The notes: generated by a model from the sequence alone, not told the origin. A stretch of DNA of 64,000 bases from Candidatus Latescibacterota bacterium (GCA_965207885.1 OZ242311.1:1600001-1664000); one strand, 5' to 3'. Counted from the first letter of the stretch, positions 1 to 10,235 are shown. Made by a program: numbers and translations.

Positions 1-99
1 GCGTGCCTGAAGTTCGCCCTGGACTGTGCGCTGGTCGGGCTGAATTTGCCAGCCCTTAAAGTCGGTTCCATCGTATTCGAGCGTCAGGCGAATCTGCAT
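1..99 (-). CDS. truA: tRNA pseudouridine(38-40) synthase TruA, N-terminal part (runs off the window edge)
   Basis: Manual translation of the reverse strand from ATG at 99: MQIRLTLEYDGTDFKGWQIQPDQRTVQGELQAR, matching the TruA N-terminal YDGxxFxGWQxQ...TVQ signature. Not in the ORF track. Confidence 0.9.
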   Translation of the reverse strand, partial: MQIRLTLEYDGTDFKGWQIQPDQRTVQGELQAR

Positions 100-340
100 A
101 ATAACGGCCCGCACCAAACGCGAAGAGAGAACGATCCCAACTTCCACAAAAAGCATACAGTTGAAACTCAGTATCGAACAGTTTTGCAAATATACCATCT
201 CACATGGTGAAAGTCAATGACGAAAAGGGAGAACATTTTTTTCAGACAAGTGAACATTTTTTTCTCTAAATAGCTGAATGAGCACGCCATGAGAGATGGC
301 ACGAAAATTGCCACAATACGGGTTCGAGAAAGGAAAAAAC

Positions 341-2713
341 ATGAGAAGACCCGCATTGTGGACTGCGCTGTACTTTGCTTTGGGAATCAGCTTACACAGG
401 TATATTGGGGTGTTTCCAGTCCCCACCATACTCTGCGCCTTTGCGGTTATTTGCATTTGCGGCGCAGGACTGTGGTGGCAATGGAATAAAGGGAAAATGA
501 GCATCCTTTTTGCGGGACTTCTCATTTTGCTGGGTGCATTGAGAAGCGCGCAGAGTCTGGAACGCGCAGCAGATCACTTTGCCCAGTTCTTACCTGCAGA
601 CCGCACACTTGTCGAAGTCGAGGGATTGGTTTCATCGGACCCCGAAAACATCGACGGCGATTATCGCGTCGTCTTTGACGTAATTCAACTCGTCGTCAAA
701 GACACGGTGCGCGCTGTAAGTGGCAGGGCGCTAATCAGGTTTAAGGCGGGTACCGCATTGCCCGCCTACAGGGATCGAATACAATTGCAGATACAGCTTT
801 ATCAACCGGATCCCCCGCGAAATCCAGGCGCATTTGATTACCGGAACTACCTGAAGCGAAGGGGCATTGATGCTCTGGGCACGGTGCAAAAGCCTTCTCA
901 GATTATTGCACAACGACGCGAAAAAGACGACTGGTGGGCGCAGATCGTATTACCCGTCAGAAGTCTCATTCGCCGGGCAATTGAGCAGAATCTCTCCGGG
1001 GGACCGGCTGGCCTCTTGAAAGGGGTACTTTTAGGCGCAAAGCATGCTGTGCCCAAAGAAGTCAAAACCGCATTTACGCAAACCGGCGTCAACCACGTCT
1101 TAGCGGTGTCTGGACTCCACGTGGGATTGATTGCTGGAGCTATATTTTTCTCGCTAAAGATACTGGGGATCGGGCGGGGTATCACTGCCGCATTGACGAT
1201 CTGCGCGCTGATATTTTACGCGCTGATAACCGGGTTGCCCCCTTCAGTCGTGCGCGCTTCGACGATGGGCTGTGTGGCACTTTTGGGCATGGTGGGACAA
1301 CGCGATATAGACGGTGGAAATATCCTGGGCATAGCGGGTTTGGGGCTGTTAATCGCTCGACCGCAGGATTTATTCGATGTGGGTTTTCAACTGTCATTTG
1401 TAGCCACGGGCGGCATTTTGATCTTTTATCGGCCACTGCGCGATCTGTTACCCCAAAAAAAGGGATGGTACGATACCTGTGTCGCAGGGCCATTGGCTGT
1501 TTCTCTCGCCGCTCAGGCAACGACCCTTCCCTTTGTTGTGGCATATTTTGGGCTGGTATCGGTCATTGGCCTGATTGCAAATTTAATTGTCGTACCACTC
1601 ATAGGCGTTGGCGTTGGACTGGGACTCCTGACTGTATTGGCTTTCGCCTGTTGGGAACCTCTGGCGACGGTATTAAATGCCGCGAATTGGCTCATTTTGA
1701 GCGGGGCAATCAAATGTACAGAATTTATGGCCGAGCCAGAGTGGTCTGCCTTTGAAATAGCGCGTCCCTCCTGGGCTATCTTTGCGATTTATCTGGTCCT
1801 GATTCCTCTGATTCACCCGACTGCCAGACGGCTCTGGAGTACTTATTGTCTCATAATCGCCCTTGTTCTGGCAAATATCGGGATTTGGAAAAATATCTGG
1901 CAAACAGAATCAGCCCTTGAAGTCTATTTTCTCGATGTCGGTCAGGGCGATGCCATTTTTTGCAAATACCCAAATGGGCTAACACTTCTGGTCGATGGTG
2001 GTATTCGCACGCAATACACCGACATGGGAAAGCGCGTGATTCTCCCATTTCTCAAAAGTCAGAGTATCGACCATATCGATGTCGTGGTTGGATCTCATCC
2101 ACATGCCGATCATATTGGTGGTCTGATTTCCGTTTTGGAACACCTATCGGTAGGTCATTATCTCGACGCGGGACAGCACGTCGATTCTTTTACGGGCAAA
2201 CGGCTTGAAGAGGTCGTAAAGACAAAAGGTATCAGATATCATACTGTGGCTGCGGGAGATAGTCTGGTGGGTATTGGCGGTCTGGTCCTCCATCCGACAT
2301 CGGCTTATGTTTCCAACTCGGGACCGGCACCTGATGGCGTGAATAATGGTTCGGTCGTCATTCGAATCGTCTATCAGGGAACATCGATATTGTTGACCGG
2401 AGACATAGAGCACGAGACAGATGGCGACCTGATGCGCTGGGACCATCGCCTGCGCTCAAACATCCTCAAAGCAGCGCACCACGGCTCGCGCACTTCCTCA
2501 ACGCCCGAATTTCTCGCGGGTGTCAATCCCAGCATTGTGGCCATATCGTGCGGAAAAAACAATAGGTTCCGGCATCCTTCGCCAGAAGTTGTGCAGCGCT
2601 TTCGCGAGATGGGGATACAAATTTGGCGAACCGATCATTCGGGTGCAATCGCAGTGAGAATAGACCGCGGACACATCGATATCGTGCCGTGGATAAAGAA
2701 TAATGAACCTTAG
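341..2713 (+). CDS. comEC: DNA internalization competence protein ComEC/Rec2
   Basis: DUF4131 region (RNPGAFDY), competence domain (HVLAVSGLHVG, GFQLSF) and metallo-beta-lactamase domain (DVGQGD, SHPHADHIGG, HHGS). Start 341 follows AGGA; the ORF is open from 296. Confidence 0.95.
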   Translation: MRRPALWTALYFALGISLHRYIGVFPVPTILCAFAVICICGAGLWWQWNKGKMSILFAGLLILLGALRSAQSLERAADHFAQFLPADRTLVEVEGLVSSDPENIDGDYRVVFDVIQLVVKDTVRAVSGRALIRFKAGTALPAYRDRIQLQIQLYQPDPPRNPGAFDYRNYLKRRGIDALGTVQKPSQIIAQRREKDDWWAQIVLPVRSLIRRAIEQNLSGGPAGLLKGVLLGAKHAVPKEVKTAFTQTGVNHVLAVSGLHVGLIAGAIFFSLKILGIGRGITAALTICALIFYALITGLPPSVVRASTMGCVALLGMVGQRDIDGGNILGIAGLGLLIARPQDLFDVGFQLSFVATGGILIFYRPLRDLLPQKKGWYDTCVAGPLAVSLAAQATTLPFVVAYFGLVSVIGLIANLIVVPLIGVGVGLGLLTVLAFACWEPLATVLNAANWLILSGAIKCTEFMAEPEWSAFEIARPSWAIFAIYLVLIPLIHPTARRLWSTYCLIIALVLANIGIWKNIWQTESALEVYFLDVGQGDAIFCKYPNGLTLLVDGGIRTQYTDMGKRVILPFLKSQSIDHIDVVVGSHPHADHIGGLISVLEHLSVGHYLDAGQHVDSFTGKRLEEVVKTKGIRYHTVAAGDSLVGIGGLVLHPTSAYVSNSGPAPDGVNNGSVVIRIVYQGTSILLTGDIEHETDGDLMRWDHRLRSNILKAAHHGSRTSSTPEFLAGVNPSIVAISCGKNNRFRHPSPEVVQRFREMGIQIWRTDHSGAIAVRIDRGHIDIVPWIKNNEP

Positions 2714-2735
2714 ACATTGTTGGACAAAAACAAAG

Positions 2736-2766
2736 AAAAAAGCGATCCAGATAGGATCGCTTTTTT
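2736..2766. terminator. Bidirectional intrinsic terminator
   Basis: AAAAAA-GCGATCC-agata-GGATCGC-TTTTTT between comEC and the convergent ncRNA candidate. Confidence 0.85.
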
Positions 2767-2770
2767 GTAA

Positions 2771-2967
2771 AGGTGGATGAAGGGGTCTTTCCCATCAGCC
2801 TTAGCTGATTGGGGTGCACCAAAATAGGGATGTGGTTTCTTCAGTATGTCGGCCAGTACCATAGTATTATCTCCCCCGGTAATACCATAGTTTGACCGTT
2901 AAAGGCCAACCCAAATTCCTCCTGGACCAATTCAGGGCTGGAAGGTTAGAGCAACCTCCACCCACCT
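2771..2967 (-). ncRNA. ssrS: Probable 6S RNA
   Basis: 197-nt non-coding rod. On the minus strand the 5' AGGUGGGUGGAGG pairs with the 3' CCUUCAUCCACCU; inner helices CAGCC/GGCUG, CUGA-UUGG/CCAAUCAG, GUUGGCC/GGCCGAC and AUGGUAUUA/UAAUACUAU surround a central bubble. G-U pairs favour the minus strand. A promoter lies upstream and a terminator directly downstream. Confidence 0.6.
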
Positions 2968-3038
2968 AACATAAAAATACCTGTAACTATATTAAAAATA
3001 TAGAAATATACTAAAAATTTCTTTCAAAGCACACATAG

Positions 3039-3067
3039 AATATATATAGTGAAAGTCCGCGCGTCAA
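3039..3067 (-). promoter_or_regulatory. Sigma70-type promoter for the ncRNA
   Basis: TTGACG-17 nt-TATATT on the minus strand. Confidence 0.55.
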
Positions 3068-3271
3068 CTACTAAATTGACCTTTAATGTCGATTTTTTTG
3101 GGGTGATTGAAATAAGGTCTTGAAACTTAAGAACATTGCTAAATAAAAAAATTTTTAGGGACTCTCAGAGCGGATATGCAGGCTGGATGTACGACATTGT
3201 AACGGAAGAATAACTCTTGAAAAACGCATACGTTTTCGGACGCGGATATTCGGCCTAAGTGTACGATCCCA

Positions 3272-4240
3272 TTATTTATGAGACTCTTCCCAAATACCCA
3301 TTCGATTGAATTTTTCAACCCGCAATTTTGGAAGATTTTCAACGGGTATTTTGACAATCTCTGCAAAAGCGTCTGAAACGGCTTTTTTGAGATTTTGCGC
3401 GGCCAGCTCAAAGTTGCGATGTGCCCCCCCATAAGGCTCCGGCACAATGCTGTCGATGACACCGAGGTCCAGGAGATCTTCAGCCGAGATTTTCATGGCT
3501 TCTGCGGCTTCTGTGCGTTTGTCGCGGTTGCGCCAGAGAATAAGCGAACAGGATTCGGGATTGATCACAGAGTACCAGGCATTTTCGAGCATGAGGATTT
3601 GGTCACCTACCCCAATACCCAGTGCCCCTCCACTCGCGCCCTCACCGATAATAGCAACGACAATGGGAACAGGTAGTCGGGCCATCTCAAAAAGGTTGCG
3701 AGCAATGGCTTCTGATATGCTTCGCTGTTCCGAGGCCAGACCTGGAAACGCGCCCGGTGTATCGACCATACAAAGCACGGGCCGACCAAATTTGGCAGCC
3801 AAATGCATCAACCTCAGGGCTTTGCGATATCCTTCCGGATGTGGCAGGCCAAAATTGCGCTTGAGATTCTCTCTTGTATTGCGCCCTTTTTGCTGCCCGA
3901 TAACGACGATGGGTTGGTCTGCAAAATACGCCAACCCCCCGACAATCGCCTGATCATTTCCACTACAGCGATCGCCGTGCAGTTCGATAAAATCAGAAGT
4001 TATACGGTCGATATAGTCCAGCGAATAAGGGCGCTGGGGGTGGCGCGATAGCTGATACTTTTGCCACCGCGTGAGATTGCGAAAAATCTCGCGTTCGAGT
4101 TTCGCGTGGCGTTTTTCGAGAACTTCAATTGCGTCAGTCACATCCAGACCTTCCGCTTTAGCCCGTTTCCGAAGCGCGGCGATTTTCTCCTCCAACTCGG
4201 CCAGTGGCTGTTCAAAATCGAGATAAGATCGGTCGCTCAT
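3272..4240 (-). CDS. accA: Acetyl-CoA carboxylase carboxyltransferase subunit alpha
   Basis: YLDFEQP, RHPQRP, ELHGDR, DTPGAFPG and GEGASGGALG motifs. Confidence 0.97.
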   Translation of the reverse strand: MSDRSYLDFEQPLAELEEKIAALRKRAKAEGLDVTDAIEVLEKRHAKLEREIFRNLTRWQKYQLSRHPQRPYSLDYIDRITSDFIELHGDRCSGNDQAIVGGLAYFADQPIVVIGQQKGRNTRENLKRNFGLPHPEGYRKALRLMHLAAKFGRPVLCMVDTPGAFPGLASEQRSISEAIARNLFEMARLPVPIVVAIIGEGASGGALGIGVGDQILMLENAWYSVINPESCSLILWRNRDKRTEAAEAMKISAEDLLDLGVIDSIVPEPYGGAHRNFELAAQNLKKAVSDAFAEIVKIPVENLPKLRVEKFNRMGIWEESHK

Positions 4241-4252
4241 GAATGTCTTCCT

Positions 4253-5458
4253 TTATAAAAGTGCGGTCAAAGCCGCTTCAATGCGATCCATGCCCCGGGC
4301 GATATGCTCAGGTGACGCAGCATAGGAAAACCGCAGATATCCCGGCGCTCCAAAACCCGTACCGGGAACGCAGGCGACACGCGCTTTTTCGAGCAGAAAA
4401 TTGCAAAGTGCAACATCGCTGTCAATGCGCCCGCAAGATGACGACCTCCCAATGTATTCAGAGATATCGGGAAAAACATAAAACGCGCCCAGGGGCATAT
4501 TGCAAGACACGCCCGGCATCCGATTGAGACGAGAAACAATTTGATTGCGTCGTTTAACATAAGCTCGCCGCATCGATTCGACACAATCTTGAGGGCCTGT
4601 AAGTGCTTCGAGCGCGGCGTATTGGGAAATCGAGCACGTATTTGTGGTCTCCTGGGTCTGGACTTTAATCATAAGATCAATCAAATTTTGGGGACCTGCG
4701 CCATACCCCACGCGCCATCCGGTCATCGCATAGGATTTTGATACCCCATTGACAGTCAGTGTTCTATCTGCCAGCCCGGGTAACAAAGCGGCAATAGACA
4801 CATGCTCGGCATCTTCGTAGAGGAGCTTTTCGTAGATTTCATCGGCAATCACATAAATATTAGCACCCGCAATCACATCGGCCAGTGCATTCAGATTTTC
4901 ACGGGCATAAACCGTTCCCGTTGGATTGCAGGGACTATTTAAGAGCACAAATTTTGTTCTTGGGGTAATGGCATCCTGAAGTTGCCGCGCCGTCATGCAA
5001 AAATCCGAGTCCTGCGTGGTCGGCACAATGATCGGATTGCCACCCATTAAGCGCACCTGATCGGCATAGCTCGTCCAATAAGGAGCGGGAATAATGGCTT
5101 CGTCCCCCTCCTCTATTAAAACAATAATAGCGTCAAAAATGGTTTGTTTTGCCCCACACGTCACAATAATTTGTGAAGGGTCATAATGCAAATTATTGTC
5201 GCGCTCAAACTTGTCGCATATCGCGTCTTTGAGTTCGGGAATGCCCGACGCGGGATTCGTATATCGCGTATGGCCCGCTTTAATAGCGCGAATCGCAGCA
5301 TCTCTTATATGTTCAGGAGTCTCAAAATCGGGTTCCCCTGCAACGAGAGAAATGAGATCAACGCCCTGTCGTCTCAGTTCTCCTGCCCTGGCAAAAGCCG
5401 ATACCGTCGCAGAAGCCTGAATATTGAGAACCCGCTGTGTAAAAGGAGATTTGGGCAT
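4253..5458 (-). CDS. aspC: Aspartate aminotransferase family protein (class I/II PLP aminotransferase)
   Basis: GEPDF, NSPCNPTG, DEIYE and SKSYAMTGWRVGY (PLP lysine). Confidence 0.85.
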   Translation of the reverse strand: MPKSPFTQRVLNIQASATVSAFARAGELRRQGVDLISLVAGEPDFETPEHIRDAAIRAIKAGHTRYTNPASGIPELKDAICDKFERDNNLHYDPSQIIVTCGAKQTIFDAIIVLIEEGDEAIIPAPYWTSYADQVRLMGGNPIIVPTTQDSDFCMTARQLQDAITPRTKFVLLNSPCNPTGTVYARENLNALADVIAGANIYVIADEIYEKLLYEDAEHVSIAALLPGLADRTLTVNGVSKSYAMTGWRVGYGAGPQNLIDLMIKVQTQETTNTCSISQYAALEALTGPQDCVESMRRAYVKRRNQIVSRLNRMPGVSCNMPLGAFYVFPDISEYIGRSSSCGRIDSDVALCNFLLEKARVACVPGTGFGAPGYLRFSYAASPEHIARGMDRIEAALTALL

Positions 5459-5466
5459 ATGAAGTG

Positions 5467-6663
5467 TTATGTCGTGTATTCGGCATTTATGCGGACGTAA
5501 TCATAAGTCAGATCACACGTATAAATAGTGGCCGATGCCTCGCCGATGTTCAAATTGATGTCAATATCGATATCGGAAGCACCCAGAGCTTCGATAGCGT
5601 GGTCCTGGTCAAAAGGAAGACCACCACCATTATCATAAATGGGGATGCCAGCCATTGAAACGGCTGTGCGGTCGGGATCAATGTCAACGCCAGCATAACC
5701 CGCTGCACACAAAATTCGCCCCCAATTGGGATCGCGTCCAAAAACAGCGGTCTTGACGAGATTTGAATTGGCGACAGACAGTCCCATAGTGCGTGCATCA
5801 GCCTCGGTACCTGCGCCATCAACGCGAACAGTGATAAGTTTGGTCGCACCTTCGCCATCGCGAGCAATTTGTTTGGCCAGACTAATACAGACTGCATTGA
5901 TCGCAGCCTGGAATACCCGAAGGTCTTCGCCTGCGAGTTCGCTCTTCCTCGCCGCGCCATTTGCCAGAGCCAGAACCGTATCGTTGGTACTCATATCGCC
6001 GTCAACAGTAATGCAATTAAAAGATTGTGTAACAGCTTCACAAAGCGCGTCCTGGAGTACCCCTGGGGAAAGCGCTGCATCCGTGAGCACAAAAGCGAGC
6101 ATAGTCGCCATATTTGGCGCAATCATACCCGCGCCCTTGGCTATCCCGGCAATGGTGATCTCGCACCCATCTATTTCACATCGCACAGATGCTTTCTTCG
6201 GCACGGTATCAGTCGTCATAATTGCCTCTGAAGCATCGTCCCATCCCCCAACATCGAGTTGCGGAATAATATTTCGGATACCCGTTTCAAGACACCCCAT
6301 CGGCAAAGGCACACCGATGACCCCCGTCGAATTGACCAGCGCGTCTTCTGGTGCAACATCCAATCCACTGCCCACCCATTGCGCCATCTGCCGCGCATCG
6401 GCCATGCCCTGATCTCCGGTACACGCATTGGCATTTTTGCTATTGACCACAACGGCTCGCGCCCGTCCATTTTGCAGGTTTTCCCTATTGAGATGCACGG
6501 GTGCTGCACACACGCGATTAGTCGTAAACATCCCCGCTGCCGAAGCCGCTCGATCAGAAACAATAAGCGCGAGATCTTTCTCATCCCCATCTTTGAGACC
6601 ACAATGAAGTCCCGCGGCCTTATAGCCTTTTGGAGGACAGATAGTTTTTTCATTAATCGCCAC
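5467..6663 (-). CDS. argJ: Bifunctional glutamate N-acetyltransferase / amino-acid acetyltransferase ArgJ
   Basis: NANACTG, STGVIG, IMTTD, KGAGMIAPNMATML, DGEGATK, DPNWGR and C-terminal INAEYTT. Confidence 0.97.
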   Translation of the reverse strand: MAINEKTICPPKGYKAAGLHCGLKDGDEKDLALIVSDRAASAAGMFTTNRVCAAPVHLNRENLQNGRARAVVVNSKNANACTGDQGMADARQMAQWVGSGLDVAPEDALVNSTGVIGVPLPMGCLETGIRNIIPQLDVGGWDDASEAIMTTDTVPKKASVRCEIDGCEITIAGIAKGAGMIAPNMATMLAFVLTDAALSPGVLQDALCEAVTQSFNCITVDGDMSTNDTVLALANGAARKSELAGEDLRVFQAAINAVCISLAKQIARDGEGATKLITVRVDGAGTEADARTMGLSVANSNLVKTAVFGRDPNWGRILCAAGYAGVDIDPDRTAVSMAGIPIYDNGGGLPFDQDHAIEALGASDIDIDINLNIGEASATIYTCDLTYDYVRINAEYTT

Positions 6664-6680
6664 AATAAACCTTCTTTCGA

Positions 6681-7853
6681 TTAAAAAAGCGCGCGTTTGA
6701 CATTGCGAACAGCCTGGCGGATTCGGTGTTCATTTTCGACCAGAGAAATGCGTACATATCCCTCGCCCATATCGCCAAAACCAATACCGGGAGAAACCGC
6801 GAGTTCGGCCTCCTCCATGAGCTTGAGGGAAAAATTCATAGAACCGAGATACCGATACTTTTCTGGAATGGGCGCCCAAACAAACATCGACGCCTTGGGC
6901 TTGTTGACGGGCCAACCAATGCGATTGAGACCTTCTACCAGCGTATCCCTGCGGCTCTGATACATAGCGGCCGATTGCTGTACGCAGTCTTGCGGGCCAT
7001 CAAGCGCGGAAATTGCAGCGACCTGTATGGGGGTAAAAACGCCGTAATCGTAGTAATTTTTAATCACGGAAAGCGCTTTAATCACCTCCGGATTTCCAAG
7101 GCAAAACCCGACGCGCCAACCGGCCATATTATAGGACTTGGACATCGTGTAAAATTCAACCCCCACTTCTTTTGCACCCTTAACCTGCAAAAGACTGGGT
7201 ACACAGGTATCGTCAAACGCAATATCCGAATAGGCCATATCGTGAATAACAATAATATTTTGACGGCGGGCAAAAGCCACGATCTCCTCAAAAAAAGAAA
7301 TATCAACAGTAGCCGTGGTGGGATTGTGGGGAAAATTAAAAATCATCACTTTGGGTTTGGGCCACAATTCTCGCGGGATCATTTGCAGGTCTGGCACAAA
7401 TTCTTTTTCCGGGCGCAAAGGCATGCTGAAGACATTGCCATTGGCAATCGCAACACCATAAAGATGCAGGGGATATGCCGGATTTGGCACAATGGCGAGA
7501 TCGCCCGGATCGAGAAGCGCGAGACAAATATGCGCCAACCCCTCTTTCGAGCCAATCGTGACAATAGCTTCTGTTTCCGGATCGAGATCAACGCCAAAAC
7601 GGCGTTTGTAATGGCGACAAATCGCCCGCCTCAAAGCCGGAAGGCCCGCCGATGGCGAATATCCATGCGTCTTGGGGTCGCGAACAACCTCAGTGAGTTT
7701 ATCGATAATATGTGGCGGCGTCGGCTGATCGGGATTGCCCATACCCAGATCAATAATATCAACGCCCTTGCGCCGCAGGTACATCTTGCGGGCATTGACC
7801 TCGTGAAAAACATAGGGCGGCAAGCGTTCAATGCGGCGAGAATTGATTTGCAT
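6681..7853 (-). CDS. alaC: Alanine-synthesizing aminotransferase AlaC-like (class I/II; LL-DAP aminotransferase-related)
   Basis: RIERLPPYVF, DLGMGNPD, GSKEGLAH, SKSYNMAGWRVGF, ENEHRIRQA. Confidence 0.75.
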   Translation of the reverse strand: MQINSRRIERLPPYVFHEVNARKMYLRRKGVDIIDLGMGNPDQPTPPHIIDKLTEVVRDPKTHGYSPSAGLPALRRAICRHYKRRFGVDLDPETEAIVTIGSKEGLAHICLALLDPGDLAIVPNPAYPLHLYGVAIANGNVFSMPLRPEKEFVPDLQMIPRELWPKPKVMIFNFPHNPTTATVDISFFEEIVAFARRQNIIVIHDMAYSDIAFDDTCVPSLLQVKGAKEVGVEFYTMSKSYNMAGWRVGFCLGNPEVIKALSVIKNYYDYGVFTPIQVAAISALDGPQDCVQQSAAMYQSRRDTLVEGLNRIGWPVNKPKASMFVWAPIPEKYRYLGSMNFSLKLMEEAELAVSPGIGFGDMGEGYVRISLVENEHRIRQAVRNVKRALF

Positions 7854-7873
7854 ACGATACTCTTTGAAAAGGG

Positions 7874-9454
7874 TCAGTCAACCACGATAATACCGTCAAG
7901 TAGCAATTTATAAGTCAAACTATCGACCAGTGCTGTCCAACTGGCTTCGATGACATTTTCAGATACACCCACAGTACTCCACACGCGCCGCCGATCAGAA
8001 GACTCGATCAGCACCCGCACTTTAGCTGCCGTACCATCGGCACTGGATAACACGCGCACCTTGTAGTCTTCAAGACGCACATCTTTAAGCGTGGGATACT
8101 TGGGTTCAAGAGCCAGGCGCAATGCCGAGTCGAGGGCATTGACAGGACCATCGCCTTCGCCAACCGTGTGGTAGATCTGTCCTTCAATTTCTATTTTCAC
8201 AATGGCTTCTACTTCAGAGCCTGCAGCACTTTTGCGATTGATCGTCCTGTAATTGATGAGCTTAAACGGTTTGCGAATACTGCCCAATATCTGGCGGGCG
8301 ATAATTTCAAACGACGCTTCAGCGGCTTCAAAAACATAGCCCTCGTGTTCGAGTTGCTTAATTTTTTGCAGCAATTTCTGGACAGTTGGATGACGTTTGT
8401 CCAGGCCCGGAATCAGATGGTGCAATTTTGCAGCAACAGCCCCGCCGCCCGATTGTTCTGAAAGCAAAAAACGGCGCTGATTGCCTACAGATTCCGCATC
8501 GCAGTGTTCATACGCGACGGGTTGTTTGAGCATGGCATCGACGTGAACACCTGCTTTGTGTGCAAAAGCACTCTCGCCCACATAAGGTTGGCGGTGATCG
8601 TGATAGACATTGGCTATTTCGCTGACAAAGCGCGATAATTCCATGAGCTTTGTGAGATTTGTCGCGCCAATAGCCGTCTTCCCCAGCTTAAATTCAATAT
8701 TTGGAATCACCGAACACAGGTTGGCATTGCCACAGCGCTCCCCATATCCATTGATCGTACCCTGCACATGCGTGGCACCCATTTCGAGTGCGACAATGCT
8801 ATTGGCCACAGCCATTCCCGCATCATTGTGCGTGTGAATACCCAGAGGGACATCGAGCCTGGGTTGAATACCGCTGATAATCTGTTGTATCTGATATGGC
8901 ATCGTACCGCCATTGGTGTCGCACAAAACGAGCACCTCTGCCCCGCCTTCTTGCGCAGCCAACAAAGTTTCCAGCGCGTATTCGGGATCGGCTTTGTAAC
9001 CGTCAAAAAAGTGTTCGGCATCGTAAATAACTTCTCGCCCGTTTTCCTTGAGCCAGGCACAAGAATCCCTGATAATTTGCAGATTCTCGTCCAGTGTTGC
9101 CCGCAACACATCGGTCACGTGAAGCGTCCAGCTCTTCCCGAAGAGCGTGATGACCTCTGTTCCTGCCCTGAGCAAAGTGGTGAGGGTGGGATCGTCTTCG
9201 GGCGGATTATCAACCCTGCATGTACTGCCAAAGGCGACAATTTTGGTGTTGTGAAATTCGAGATCGCGCACGCGATCAAAAAATTCGAGATCCTTGGGAT
9301 TCGTCGGATTGGGCCAACCGCCTTCAACATAGTGAATGCCCATCGCATCGAGATGCTGTGCAATCATGGTTTTGTCTTCAGCGGAAAATGAAATACCCTC
9401 TGCCTGCGCGCCGTCTCGAAGGGTCGAATCGTAGATTTGTACAAGTTCAGACAT
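7874..9454 (-). CDS. cimA: Citramalate synthase (LeuA/CimA family)
   Basis: YDSTLRDGAQAEG, FGKSW, YDAEHFFDG, HTHND, AFAHKAGVH and a C-terminal regulatory domain (GDGPVNALD). Start MSELV follows AGAGGA. Confidence 0.9.
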   Translation of the reverse strand: MSELVQIYDSTLRDGAQAEGISFSAEDKTMIAQHLDAMGIHYVEGGWPNPTNPKDLEFFDRVRDLEFHNTKIVAFGSTCRVDNPPEDDPTLTTLLRAGTEVITLFGKSWTLHVTDVLRATLDENLQIIRDSCAWLKENGREVIYDAEHFFDGYKADPEYALETLLAAQEGGAEVLVLCDTNGGTMPYQIQQIISGIQPRLDVPLGIHTHNDAGMAVANSIVALEMGATHVQGTINGYGERCGNANLCSVIPNIEFKLGKTAIGATNLTKLMELSRFVSEIANVYHDHRQPYVGESAFAHKAGVHVDAMLKQPVAYEHCDAESVGNQRRFLLSEQSGGGAVAAKLHHLIPGLDKRHPTVQKLLQKIKQLEHEGYVFEAAEASFEIIARQILGSIRKPFKLINYRTINRKSAAGSEVEAIVKIEIEGQIYHTVGEGDGPVNALDSALRLALEPKYPTLKDVRLEDYKVRVLSSADGTAAKVRVLIESSDRRRVWSTVGVSENVIEASWTALVDSLTYKLLLDGIIVVD

Positions 9455-9593
9455 GTGATTTCCTCTGGTTTGGGTAAAGTTATCCAATATGGGTCATGCA
9501 AAACGATCCAATTCCCAAACCAATGGCTTCCGGGCAACGAGTGCCCGGATAATATCTCCTGCCTGTTCGCATGTGAGAATACATAATAACTCG

Positions 9594-9626
9594 CAAAAAC
9601 GCCCGCGAGATGCGGGCGTAAAAAAG
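9594..9626. terminator. Intrinsic terminator after leuD
   Basis: AAAAACGCCCGC-gagat-GCGGGCGTAAAAAA, which reads as a hairpin plus U-tract on the minus strand. Confidence 0.7.
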
Positions 9627-9627
9627 A

Positions 9628-10221
9628 TTAAAAGCCCGTAACATAGGGAAGTTTATTGGCAACCTCCCGCACCGCATCGCGGCCTTCGAGGAGCATGCCC
9701 GTAGCATCCCACGCGCCTTCAATGAGTTGGAGCCGATTGCCTTCTGCAATCTGCAGATCGACTTCTATATCGCCAAATGTCAATTTTTTCTCTTTTAAAT
9801 CAACAGTCATTTCCCGTTGTGGATCTGCTTCGGCAGCGTCCTGAATTTTGACAATATCCCCGGTCGAAGCCGTCAGACAAGGCACGCCCATAGCCGTGCA
9901 ATTGCCCAAAAAAATTTCTGCAAAAGATTCGCCCACAATGGCACAAATCCCCCAGCGCATCAGCGCCTGGGGCGCGTGTTCTCTGGATGATCCACATCCA
10001 AAGTTGTCATTGGCGATGAGTACGGATGCGCCCTGATAGCGCGGATCATCAAATGGGTGATCGGGATTTGATTTGCGGTCGTCTTCAAATGCGTGCTCAC
10101 CCAGGCCGTCAAACGTGATGGCGCGAAGATATCGCGCGGGAATAATGCGATCGGTATCGATGTCATTTCCCCTAACGGGAATCGCGCGCCCTTCTACTTG
10201 CTGAATCACTGATGAATTCAT
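9628..10221 (-). CDS. leuD: 3-isopropylmalate dehydratase small subunit
   Basis: DIDTDRIIPARYL, NFGCGSSREHAP and SFAEIF motifs. Confidence 0.96.
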   Translation of the reverse strand: MNSSVIQQVEGRAIPVRGNDIDTDRIIPARYLRAITFDGLGEHAFEDDRKSNPDHPFDDPRYQGASVLIANDNFGCGSSREHAPQALMRWGICAIVGESFAEIFLGNCTAMGVPCLTASTGDIVKIQDAAEADPQREMTVDLKEKKLTFGDIEVDLQIAEGNRLQLIEGAWDATGMLLEGRDAVREVANKLPYVTGF

Positions 10222-10235
10222 AAATAACCCTTCCT

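Noticed and set aside
2771-2967. SRP RNA or tRNA identity for the structured RNA
   Set aside because: It lacks the SRP helix-8 CAGG-GNRA-AGCA arrangement and a cloverleaf; length and rod shape fit 6S better.
3150-3230. 24-codon minus-strand ORF (MRFSRVILPLQCRTSSLHIRSESP) after accA
   Set aside because: No SD and no compositional or contextual support.
6726-7913. 395-aa + strand ORF
   Set aside because: Antisense shadow of the alaC-like gene with no recognisable motifs.
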